Source: Lama guanicoe
Lineage: Eukaryota
Assembly: GCA_013239625.1 (NCBI GenBank)
Contig: MU054187.1
Span: 7,141,757 to 7,205,756 of the forward strand
Length of the DNA: 64,000 nt
Direction of reading: 5' to 3'
Positions 1 through 10,880 of this stretch are shown in pieces. The notes below the pieces were generated by a model. The model had not been told where the DNA came from and made no database searches. It worked only from the letters and a program-made list of their open reading frames with translations. A program made the position numbers and the translations under genes. Each line of letters begins with the position of its first letter. Positions within the stretch are counted from its first letter, which is position 1.

Positions 1-95
1 CACCTACCTCCTAAGATTGCTCGGAGTAGAGAGATGACACCAGTAGAATCATCTGGAACAATCCTGATGCATAGTAGGCACTCAATAAATATTAG
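1..95 (+). mobile_element. MIR SINE, 3' fragment
   Basis: cctacctc...gattg...gagatga...cctgatgcatagtaggcactcaataaatattag resembles the MIR core and 3' tail. Confidence 0.7.
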
Positions 96-949
96 ACATC
101 CTTATTTTGCAACAACATACATAGATTAAGGAGTTAATATATGTTTTCCATTGATTAGGAAGGAGGGACTTGAGGGAGAACAAATGGTTCAATATCAGTT
201 CATTATCACTCAGGAAAAAAAATTCCAAGCATTGGACGATGATGGAATTTGGGAGAAACATGTTCTTTTAGATGGGAAAAATGCTAATTAATGTATTTCA
301 AATTCACTCCTTTTCATTAGACATATGAGTTTATGAGGTTTACGTTTGGATCTGAACCCAAGAGTTGGATTCATTTTGGATTCTTTAAAGGTGCATACTA
401 GTAACTCTAATGTAATTGCATTAGATAATTGTTTAAGCAAGAGGTAGAGTCTGAACTGTAAAAACATACTGTAGGATGACCTTTCTTCCATCTGAATATA
501 AATGATGTTCTGCAGGAAAATGAGGGGTAAGCCATTCAGCAGACAATTCTAATGGGATTTCACCTAATTAGTGTTGGAGAGCTGGGACTCTTCATTAAAA
601 GTAGCACTTCATAATCAGATAATAATGAAGCTTTAGTTCTCGAAGGCTGATGGACCATCTGCCCCTAGAAAAAGTATTTCTTAGATTTTCCAAATATATT
701 CAGCAAGTCACCAACCCCGAGATGAGACGTGTGCAGAACGTGGGACCTCCTCCGTCGCGGCACCTCCGTCTCCGATACGTCACTCAAGTCACAAGCCTGA
801 CCCTCATCCCCACCCAGCTCTGCAGGGGACAATGCTTCTTATTTCAAAGTGGAAACAGAGACAGTCAGTTGTGACTTGCCTCAGCTTACCTTCTCTTTCT
901 CTGTAATCACTTTTTCTCTCTGACTCAGAGAAAGAGACGCACTTCCACC

Positions 950-2100
950 TGGCACCTGCTTCCTCTAGAAATTGCATCTTTCCTTCAAATGTTGTTATTC
1001 TCTCTGCACTGCTGGATTTTTCTTTTTATCATATAAACAAGCCTCAAGCCTTGTCTCCCACATTAAGAGAAAGGCACCTTTCTTTTACATCTAACCTTGT
1101 ATCTCTCTTTTCACAGCCAAGTTTCTAGAAGGACAAATCCATTTTCAGTCTCTACTTCAAACCTCCCACTTTCTCCCCAGAAGGAGGGGCCCTCACATTT
1201 CCAATGGCGTCACTCTCCCAGTGGTCATTAATGACCACTCCTTGCCAATTCAAGTCAGTTCCTGTTGGTCCCCTTTTGCTAGAATTTTCTGAAGCACTGG
1301 ACGCTTTTGACCACTCTCTCCAACTTCCTCTAAAATCCGTGTCCCTAGAGGGACATCGCTCCTGACCTCCACACGGGTGCCTCTGAATGTGTCTGGGCGT
1401 TTTGTCCTCCGCGCTGCTCTGTGATGTCCTGACCTTGCGTTCCCCTACCCTACCCTGCTCCTTCTCCCATAGCCTGTGCCGTGGTGAGGGAGGCCACCCT
1501 TCACCCAAACCTACTCCCAAAACACGAAAAACGGCTCTATACCCTCCCCATTCTCTCCTGCCCACAGCGTCCTGGTACCAGAATAATATTCCTAAAATGA
1601 AAACTTGGTCATGTCACTCCTATATTTGTGACCCCTCAGTAGTTGCTCACAGCTTTCAGAAGAAAGGCCAAAATACTTAACAAGATGCTCAGAGTCCCTC
1701 ACGAACTAGCCTTGGCCAGATTTTTCACTTTCTTCTCTTCACTGTCCCCCACAGGTGGCTTTCATTCCATCTGTTCCCAGCTTGTTTTTGTTCTCAGAGA
1801 CTTCTCTGCACTCACGTGTCTAGAACCCCCTCTGTTGCCTCGCTAACCCCTTACCCTCAAAATCCAGCCCCAGCACCACCTCCCCTGAAAACCTTCCTGC
1901 CAAAACTCTCTCCCCTCCTGTGAGCTCCCAGGGCCCTTGTCCCTTCTGCTGTCTTAACACCTGTGCCTTAAACACTCATGGTTGGTTTGGAAGTCTCTGT
2001 AACTAGGTTTTAAGTCACATCATGGTGGGTACAAGATCATATTGATGTTTTAATCATGAGACTGTCTCTGTACCCGGCACAGATCAGGCATTGGATGCTA
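950..2100 (+). mobile_element. L2 LINE, highly diverged 3' region
   Basis: Pyrimidine-rich, with L2-like motifs (gaccactccttgccaa...tttgaccactctctc, gtcatgtcactcct, cctcccctgaaaaccttcc). Boundaries approximate. Confidence 0.6.
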
Positions 2101-2395
2101 TCAGACATGGAAACTGTGATACAGTGTCCATGGCCAGGTGAACACTGCACAGACAAGCACAGCACCATTTGTAGATGCTGAGATGCTGCCGATGTGTGAC
2201 ACCAGGGAACCCTGGTGCTTGACTTCACGGGTGGTTTTTCGATGGCTACCCCCTTCCCTCAGCTATGACACCCTTTTTCCTTACATGTAGGTGATCACGT
2301 AAGAAGAGCAACGATTTATATTGGTTTAGCAGTTTCTCACATGTATATATTTTAACACAAAACTTATGTATTTTAAATATAATATGCTAGCATGA

Positions 2396-2750
2396 TTTTT
2401 TATTGAACTAGAGTTGATTTACAATATTGTGTTAGTTTCAGGTGTACAGCAAAGTGATTTCGTTATATATATGCATACACATATATATTCATACATACAT
2501 ATCCTTTTCAGAGTCTTTTCCATTATAGGTTCTTATAAGAAATTGAATGCAGTGTCCTGAGTTATACAGCAAATCCTTTTTGTTGTTCTATTTTATATAT
2601 AGTGGTGTGTATCTGTTAGCCCCGCACTCCTAATTTATCCCTCCCCTCGCCCTTTCCCTTTTGGTAACCGTACTGTTTCTGCTTTGTAAATAAGTGCATT
2701 TGTATTATTTTTTAGATTCCACATGTAAGTGATATCATATAGTGTTTGTT
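2396..2750 (-). mobile_element. L1 LINE 3' UTR fragment (cetartiodactyl-type)
   Basis: tttttattgaactagagttgatttacaatattgtgttagtttcaggtgtacagcaaagtgatt...tttagattccacatgtaagtgatatcatat is the reverse complement of a typical L1 3' end. Confidence 0.85.
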
Positions 2751-5700
2751 CTCTACTTGGAGACTAATCATTCATTTGTGAATTGCGGCTACGTCTAGGA
2801 TAGCATTTTAGTGGGCGTGCTTCCATCGACGAAACTTTTATCTCTGTTTAAGATGTTCCTCATAATTAGAGAGCTGAATTAATTATACTGCTGCCCTAAC
2901 AAAAGGAAATCATGTCCCTGGTAAAAAATTTTGCTACAAAGGACCTCATTAGTGAACTCAGAAATTCCCATTAATCTTATGTTCATATTCTATAATGATA
3001 GTAATTAGTGGTGATAAATTGATATTTGAAAAATACACAATAGTTAGAAACGCTCATTCCATCGTGATGAAGTCTGTACTACACCCGCCTACTTATAATG
3101 GTTTAAAGTTGAATTTTTTGCTCCTTTGTAGTGAATTAACTCCCTTTTTCATTTTGTGCACATAGTATCTATCAGTTTCCTCTAAAAAATATGAATTCAG
3201 TGTGTTTTGGGAAAGCGTGGTTTCCAAAAAAATTTTTAAATAACAAAAGCTAATACCAGACATAACCAGGCATGAAGCAACTGTTTTCCTCAAATCAGTC
3301 AAGTTTTCAGTGTTTAACCTTTTCTTCCATTTCATCACCTGGAGTCTTTGAAGAGAACCCTTGAGGCTGCTCAGAGAATTCACTGCAATATTCCTTTATT
3401 ATATGGACCAATCCACGTGTGGAAGAAACACAGCACGTGTGCGAGAGCATGTGCATGGAGATGAGCTGCCCCATCTGCCAATCCTGCTGGAGCAGGTGAT
3501 TTCTGCTCTTTTTCTGCCCACCCCTCCGGGAGAACTCCAGGACGAAGACATTAATCAGATGACTGCTGAGACACGAGAAGCTCTCTCAGCCTGGAGTTTC
3601 CTGCACAGAAACAAAATAATGGAACGAAGCAATTAGGAGGCTTCTCCAGAGGACGTTCTCATCTGCAGTTAGTGTTCCATCACGAGGAATCCTCAGCCCT
3701 TTGGAACCACTTATAAATGAGCCTAAATGGATGACTTTGTCCTGCAAAGGGGAAGTACTCTAAGTCTTGGGCTTTTGTCATTCATTCTAGAGAATCAAGA
3801 TGCATAACAGTGGTGCAAACAGTACCGCAGAAAGAGGCCACCAGCGTCTGGGTCTGGGGGCGAGGTCTGTCTGTCCTGCACCAGGAGAGACCAAGGTTAA
3901 GGGCACATGGGAGAGTGTGAGGGTCGGGTTTCCATGAGGTGAAATACACTGCCTATTTTATGTCCACCCCCTCTGCCCATCACACATGACAAATAGCATC
4001 CTGGAAAGGCACAAAAATGTGGTTGCAGCAGTTCCTTATCCAGCCCGAAAGGAACAGCTGGTAGACTCGCTAACTTTGGGGGCTTCCGTTAATTTTCTAA
4101 AGCTAGGACAGCTCACGGGACAGTATTCTAAGAACATGTTCTCCTTTGTGGAAATATGTAAAAATATGAAAATGTGGCTTCATCAAAATATGAAAGTTCT
4201 TAGAGTGACCCTCTACAGAAAGTGCATGGTTGACCCATCCTTACTAGCGATGGTATCTCCTCCGAAACATTTTTTATAAAACAGTCATGGTAGGAGAAAG
4301 ATTCGTTTTGAATAAAGACCCACCTCCAGTATTTTCCCCACATTTTTCATATTTTTGAAAAACCACTTTTCTCCATTCCTCCTCTGACCGCTTGGCTGCG
4401 GACCAGGTCTTCCACATCTGGAAGTTACTTGCTACCAATCAGGGGCGGTGGCAGGGAGCAGTCCCTGGAAATGAGAGGCGCAGAGAGGCAGACAAAGCTA
4501 GAGGCAGGATGTGATATGTGGCATCAACCAGTGTTAAACGTTCATGTTAACAAGGCACAGGACAAAGGGAAAGTGCTGGAACATTTCCTGAAGCGTCTCA
4601 TTCAGCTTATTCCATTTTAAGTTCTCCTGCACTGTCCTCTGTCATTCTTCGAGACGCTGTCACTGTCTTTGTAACTACTCCCCTTGCAAACTAGACCTCC
4701 TCAAAATATCCTGAATTGATCGTACCAACCCCTTCCTTTTGGGACCCTGATGGCTGAAATGTCAAGCTTTTATATTCTAATCTTTAATAAGAAATCTTCA
4801 TGCACACCAGGCGCACCATTTTCATTAAGGAGTACAGCTAATTTTTTTTTTAAAGAAAACCAGGAGAAATAAACATCTTTCAAAATGACATTTTTAGGTT
4901 TTTGGAAGAATAAATCCCTATTTAATTTATTTAGCCTTTTATCTTTCTATATACCCATATCCCAGATTTCCTAGAAATTCAGAATGGTGACTTTTAGGAA
5001 CCTTTTTAAGATGAAATGAATCAGATGTTCACATAATGAAGTCTTTGGAAAGGATGACTATAGATCAGTTATTTTTGGTTATGACTAAAAAGCTCAGTAA
5101 TGGCTGCATATTGATTATAAGTATTGATTTTAGCATTTTCCCTCTGACTACCTTTTGGTTTTTGTAATGGTTCTTCAGAAATTAATATGCATTTGGAAGG
5201 TCTTTATTCTTTATTACCTGCAGCACGTAGCACAGCATCAAGCACCAGACAGATGAATAATAACTGATTCCTGATTAATTTGTTTGCATAATTAATTGTT
5301 TATGCAGTTATCTCCACTCAGCTCTGTAGCTTCGTAGGCAGGCAGACCAGCCAGAGCTGTGTTATGTCCGGAAAACCTGAGTTTTGTTGCCTTTTCTCAC
5401 TGGGTAGGCTGAAGGAACACCCAGAGGGGATTACACAGCAAACTTTGCTTGCAGGAAATGGCTCTAACTTTGCTTGATTAGCTTATTTGCCTAAGGCAAA
5501 CCAGAGCAGTCTCTTGATGGTCTGATTCCAATACTAATTAAGAACCACTGGGCAGCAGAAGCCAAGGGGTTTAGAAAGAACAGAGCTTGGATGACGACTG
5601 ATCTGCAAGCGATCCCCCAGGGGTTTCAGGTCACAGAGTTGGATAGCACAAAAATAAGGGCATTTCGGGGGTGAAGCTGATTCTGCAATTCTCTGGAGAG

Positions 5701-6365
5701 ATTGCGTGTTCATACTTTGGACAGGTTTAACCCAAAACCTTCCCTTTCCCTTAAAAATTTACTCTTTTCAGTTTTTAAGGAGTGAAAAGTCTTACCAGGT
5801 GATACATGAACGACACTGCTTATCCTCTTTGAATAAATACGATGAAGTCATGCTGTGTTTGGAAAAGAGTAGCAGAAGGGACAGCCTTTGGTTTTTCTGA
5901 TGTTTGATTTAAATATGAATGAAGATAAATGTCTTTCAAATAATCAGGGTGTAATGAGATCGTCTACACAAACACAATTTTTAAAACCCCCCGCCCTTTT
6001 AAATTGAAAATCACACTGGATTGAAGATAAAAGAATTCACCAAATTTATATGAAGAGATGGGTTCTCTGAAAGCTCGAGGCTCCACATTTCTAAATAGCA
6101 TTTTGCTGGGTTATTAAGTAAAGGACATGGTTACTGCTGAGCGCCAGATTTGCTTTAGACAATTGAAGATATTCTGTGGTTTGCATTCTTGGTGAGTGCT
6201 CTTGCCATTAGTGCAACTTTATGATGCAGATCATCTGGGGCTCAAGTTCTCTCAGTTGTTTAGCCCGGAAAACAGTTTCCAGAATTATTTCCTAGTTAAT
6301 CTGAGGACCCATTTTGTGTAATTAATTTACATGAAATTAATATTCTACTTGCCAAAATATGACTG

Positions 6366-6830
6366 TGTGAAGGAAAAGCCAGGCTGGTCTAACAAGATAA
6401 CTCAGAAGTCTAGGAATGTGAAGGAGAGGCTGGGCTGGGCTAACAAGATAACTCACAAATCTAAGTATTGGAATACTGATCTGAGTTCTGCTGGACTAAC
6501 TTGTAAATCTAAGTTAATTAGTGTTGGTTTGCTGGTCATGATTTTTTGCTAGCCAGCTGGATTTTCAAAGATACATATCTGGCTTTGGAATGTTGGTTTG
6601 CTGCCTCCCTGCCTCCACTTTTGTGATAGTGCTGCTGCTAAAGCTGTTCCATGCCTATTCGCCAAATACCCCAAGCTTGTACTTTACCCTATAAAACCTC
6701 ATGCGCACGTCTTGGAGGTGCTCAGAGCTTCGGAGCAGAAGCCCCTCTGAGCCCGCCGGCGTAATACATCTGAGTACTCCAACCCTCCGAGTGGTGCCTG
6801 TTTCTTGACTGGCCTGTCGTTTCCATAACA
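6366..6830 (+). mobile_element. ERV solo LTR (ERV1/gamma-like), 465 bp
   Basis: Starts TG and ends CA. Flanked by a 4-bp TSD ACTG (6362-6365, 6831-6834). TATAAAA at 6690-6696, AATACA poly(A)-like signal at 6763-6768, and a ~51-bp tandem duplication in U3. Confidence 0.85.
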
Positions 6831-6929
6831 ACTGTTCTCAAAAGCGATTTTCGGCTTAATAATTACATCTTGAAATTGATTACTTTGAAATGCATACCAA
6901 AAACTTTTGGGATGAAGCATATGAGATTG

Positions 6930-6956
6930 TAGATAGATAGATAGATAGATAGATAG
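6930..6956. repeat. (TAGA)n/(GATA)n tetranucleotide microsatellite, ~6.5 units
   Basis: tagatagatagatagatagatagatag read directly. Confidence 0.95.
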
Positions 6957-8222
6957 GGATATCGGTTGCAATGACCTAAAAATCCAAACGTATTTTTCTC
7001 ATCCGCTTAGGAACGTGGGTGCAGGTATGTTGACTGACTGGAGATTGCTGGTCACATGTCTACTGGTCAACTTTATCCTCTCAACCCACGTACTCAACTC
7101 AAGTCAAAGGTTTAAATAAGGCTTATAAAGTGATTTTTTAGGGACCTAATTCGCTCGTACTAATAATATATTTATTTTTATTTATATATGAAACCGCAGA
7201 ACAGCGCACAGTGCTTGGTTTTGAATCCATGCCTGTGGAGTCTTCTCATTTATTCACCCAACTCCAAAAAAGTCATGCAACATACTAAAGAAAACTAATG
7301 TCGAAGATAATATGCTTAGACTTAAAAATATTCTTGCCTAGCCTATAATTGCTTGTTCTGACCATAAAATGTGGAGGTTAATTTATATGTTCCTAATGTT
7401 TATAATAAGCCATTGTATTTATCCGTTTTGAACAGGCTTAGCTTTTACATAAAGTTGATTTCTTTGGAAATCTATTCCATTTAAAAATGCCCATTCATGA
7501 TATGAGCCCAGATTATATTTTATAACCTAAAAATTGCCATCAGCAACTTCTATCCAACAGATGATAAACTAGAAACAGAGCAAAAATGTAATGCATGTGA
7601 TCACATAAAGTAGCAGGGAATAAAATAAAAACACAAGCAAAAATTATAATAATCAAAAAATATTTTTAAAGGCACAATAGGTTAGATCAGCCACAGAGTC
7701 AGAGCTCTAGGACGGAGAGCCATGGGGGTAAAAACAGCCATGAATATCAGCTCAAAGGGGCATAAAAGAATAAAAAGATGACGTGTAGCCCCAGCTCCCG
7801 GCCCGTAGTCCCCGGCAAGCAATGCTAAGTGCTTAATTAACTCATTTGCTGTGAAATCAGTTCTTTAACACTGGGTTTTTACTCTGGAAGACAGAATGGA
7901 AGCAAGCTTCGCAATATATAATAACAGTAGCATGCACGTCTTTTTTAGGTGTCGAGATTTATTCACATTTCTTTTTTAGGCAGATGTAACTAGGTCAAAG
8001 TTGAAAACAGCGGTTGCCCGTGCCTTTGACAGTGGTGAAATGATCAAGGAAACCATTTTTACTTTTGTTAATTCCTGTGCAGCTTAATTTAAAGCATTTG
8101 CAAAATAATTAGACAGCAAATTGAAGTCCTTCTATATGAGCTGGGTTTTATGTCTCTGTTTTGAGTATTGTGTTTGTTTGATATTTTTTAGTGTGTCACC
8201 TTCTATGCCCATACTGCTTTAA

Positions 8223-8392
8223 TTTTTTTTAATAGACTTCATTTTTAGAGCAGCTTTCGGTTCACAACAAAACTGAGCGGAAGGTACAGAGATCTTCCAC
8301 CGACTCCTCACCTCCACGCATGCATAATCTCCCCCACTGTAAGCATTCCCCCACCAGTGTGGTACATTTATTACAATTGATGAAGCCTGCAT
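8223..8392 (-). mobile_element. Old L1 3' end (L1MC-like)
   Basis: tttttaatagacttcatttttagagcagctttcggttcacaacaaaactgagcggaaggtacagaga...ggtacatttattacaattgatgaa. Confidence 0.75.
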
Positions 8393-8639
8393 GCATTTCT
8401 ATGTGATGTTATTTTGTAGAGCTAGTCAATGTATATTCTGCTTTGGAGCACATGTATTTAAAATCATTTTTATACCATCACTTGTGATCTGTAAGGAAAG
8501 GTTTTGGAAGGGTGCATAGGCGAGACTGCACACAACAGTTGTCTGAAATTCTGAGGAGAAAACACTGGATGTTCTGGGACTTGACACCAAACGCCAGGTG
8601 CGAAAATTACTTGTAAAGGTGCTTATGCACTAGGTGTAT

Positions 8640-9785
8640 CTTTAAACCAGTCCCTGTGTCAGGCTCTGGGGAAGGCAGTCATGCACGAGGCAGACAGAGG
8701 ACCTACCGCTCTACAGAAAGAAAAAAATTAAAGCGGATGTCGGATTCAGCACCATAAGTGCTGCGAGAGCAGATATGCAGGTGCGGTAGCCGCTGACCTG
8801 GACTGGGGAGAGGGTGGAGATAAAGGAGGGCTTCCAGGAGGAAGTGAGGCTCGGGCTGAGATCTGAAGCATGAGCAGAAGTTAGTTAGATGAAGAAGCAG
8901 TGAAAACAGTTGATGTGAAGCCTAAATCTCCTAGATTGCCGAAAGGCAAGAAATGAACCTGGAGATGAAGGTAGGGCAGGGGGCATCAAGCGTGTTTAAG
9001 GAAGTTTTATCTGAAATAACAGCCTTTGTGACTGATGTTTTAAAAGATCTTAAATCTGCTCTTACCCTTCTAACTGGAAGCCTGTGCTCTTTGACCTGTA
9101 ACCCCCACTTCCCCCACCACACAGCACCCACCCGGTAATCATTTTGGAATATTTAAGTGTATGAAATTGACACATTGTACCTAGGAAACTTACATGATGC
9201 TCTAAGTCAACTGTACGTCATTAAAGTTGGGGAAAATAGTAAAAATAAATAAAGGTGTACTGCTCCACAGACAGTGAGCTGGAGGCACACACGCAGGCGA
9301 GGTAGGAAGATGCCGTGGAGATGGAATGAAGTTGTTGTGGCTCAGTTTTATTTAGAAGACAGAAATGTCAAGTCCTGGTGGGAGGTTGGATGTGAGCAGT
9401 GAGGAGTATGAGACAGTGAGGGATCAAGGTGATTCCAGGTTTCTGGCTTAGGGAACTGGACGTGTGGCGGTGCCATCCACTAGAAAAGGAAATCCCAAGG
9501 GAAGAGCAGTTTGGGTTTGGCATGTGCATGGATCTGGGGCATGTTGAGTTGGAAATCCCTGCAAGCTTTCCAAGGAGTGATGTCCAGTAAGAGCTGGTCG
9601 GTGGAGCTGGAGCTCCAGAGTGGAGCCGGAGTGGAAACGGAGACCTGGGAGTCATCAGATTACAGCTAGTGATGGAAGTCGTGGGAGAGAGTGATGTTTC
9701 CCCAGAAGGATATGGGTTGTAAGGTGAGAAGTGACCTGGGAGGTACCCTGTGGAGCACCATAAATGTGCATTGATCAGAGAAAGA
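8640..9785 (-). mobile_element. L2 LINE fragments, interrupted by a short + strand L1 3' piece at ~9150-9255
   Basis: Purine-rich antisense L2 motifs: ggagggcttccaggaggaagtga, gctgagatctgaag, ccaggtttctggctt, gacctgggagtcatcag. Confidence 0.7.
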
Positions 9786-10619
9786 CGGTCTAGTGTCCTA
9801 GCCCAGCTTTCCTATGAAGCAAAGCCCAAAGTGAAGCTAATGCTAAGCTTAGCTCAGCAAGACTGAGTAAGACTGAGAGAAAACAGGAGTGAAGCAGGAA
9901 AATCAGGGAAGCAAACGCACGATGGTGCATCACCCAGTTAGCGCTGCAGGGAGCGCAGCCTGGTGCTGAGTCAGGGGACACATCTCCTGAGAGGCCCTGT
10001 GGGACTTGCTGTGAGTCTGAAAGTCTGTAAGAAAGGGCAAATGGTCACCCACCTCCTTCCCTGTCTTGTCTCTCATTGATCAAAATTTGCCTCTTAAGGT
10101 GTTCATTCCATCAGTCCTCCCGGGCAGCCTTGGGGAAGCCAGAGCATCCAAGAGTCCGGTCAAGGCTCCATGAGGGAGCTTCCAGTCCCCACTGCTTCCC
10201 AAGCACTGGACGTGATGGGGGCTTTGCCACAGCTCAGTCAGTGTCCCGGGGAAAGGCTGAGACACAGGAGGTGTCAGAAGGTGAAGTAACGGCATCCGAA
10301 GCTGAAATTTCATGAATGATGGAACAGGGTGAGTCTCCGTGGATTCCCTTCGGTTAGGGGTCAGAGCAAGCCGCTGGCGTCCTGGGCAGTTTGGGACAGT
10401 GCATAAATGGGAGCAGGGAAGCCCCGTGGAGGAGCCTGAGAAGGAGGAGCAGGAGAACTGGGAAAAGTGAACAATGTCAAAGGTAGCAAGAGAGGCCATG
10501 TCACCAGAACGGGTCATCAGCGTCAGATGTCCTGTCAAGTCAAATACAGTGAACACAGCAGTGCGCGTGTGCGGGTTCCCTGTGCTTCTGGTTGTGTCGT
10601 TCATTTTCCTGTGGGAACC

Positions 10620-10880
10620 ATGCCTCCTTTACTCTTGGTTCCCTTGGTTGGGGTTGAGTGAACCCCATCCATTGGTTCCCAGTCGCAAACAGTGTGTGAC
10701 CTCTGCGAGCACAGGGATGATGTCCTGTGAGCCGACCAGACCAGTGGGACTCCATGCCAGGAATTTCGCTAGAACAACGGGTAAAGAGTCAGGAGGCTGG
10801 GACTTTTACATTTTGTGAGCAATAAATGCCCTTTGGTTTTTCGGAAGTCAGCTTGAGTTGCTTTCTGTCATTTGTAACCA
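10620..10880 (+). mobile_element. MaLR (MLT1-type) LTR, 3' fragment
   Basis: gtgagcaataaatgccct...agtcagcttgagttgctttctgtcatttgtaaccaaaga resembles an MLT1 3' end. Confidence 0.55.

Noticed and set aside
8745..8763. TTCAGCACCA, the left half of a REST/RE1 site
   Set aside because: The right half (GGACAG) is absent, and the site lies within an L2 remnant.
10080..10604. Longest ORF in the track (174 aa, minus strand)
   Set aside because: No recognisable domain. It lies among LTR/L2 remnants with several overlapping ORFs, as expected by chance in GC-richer sequence.
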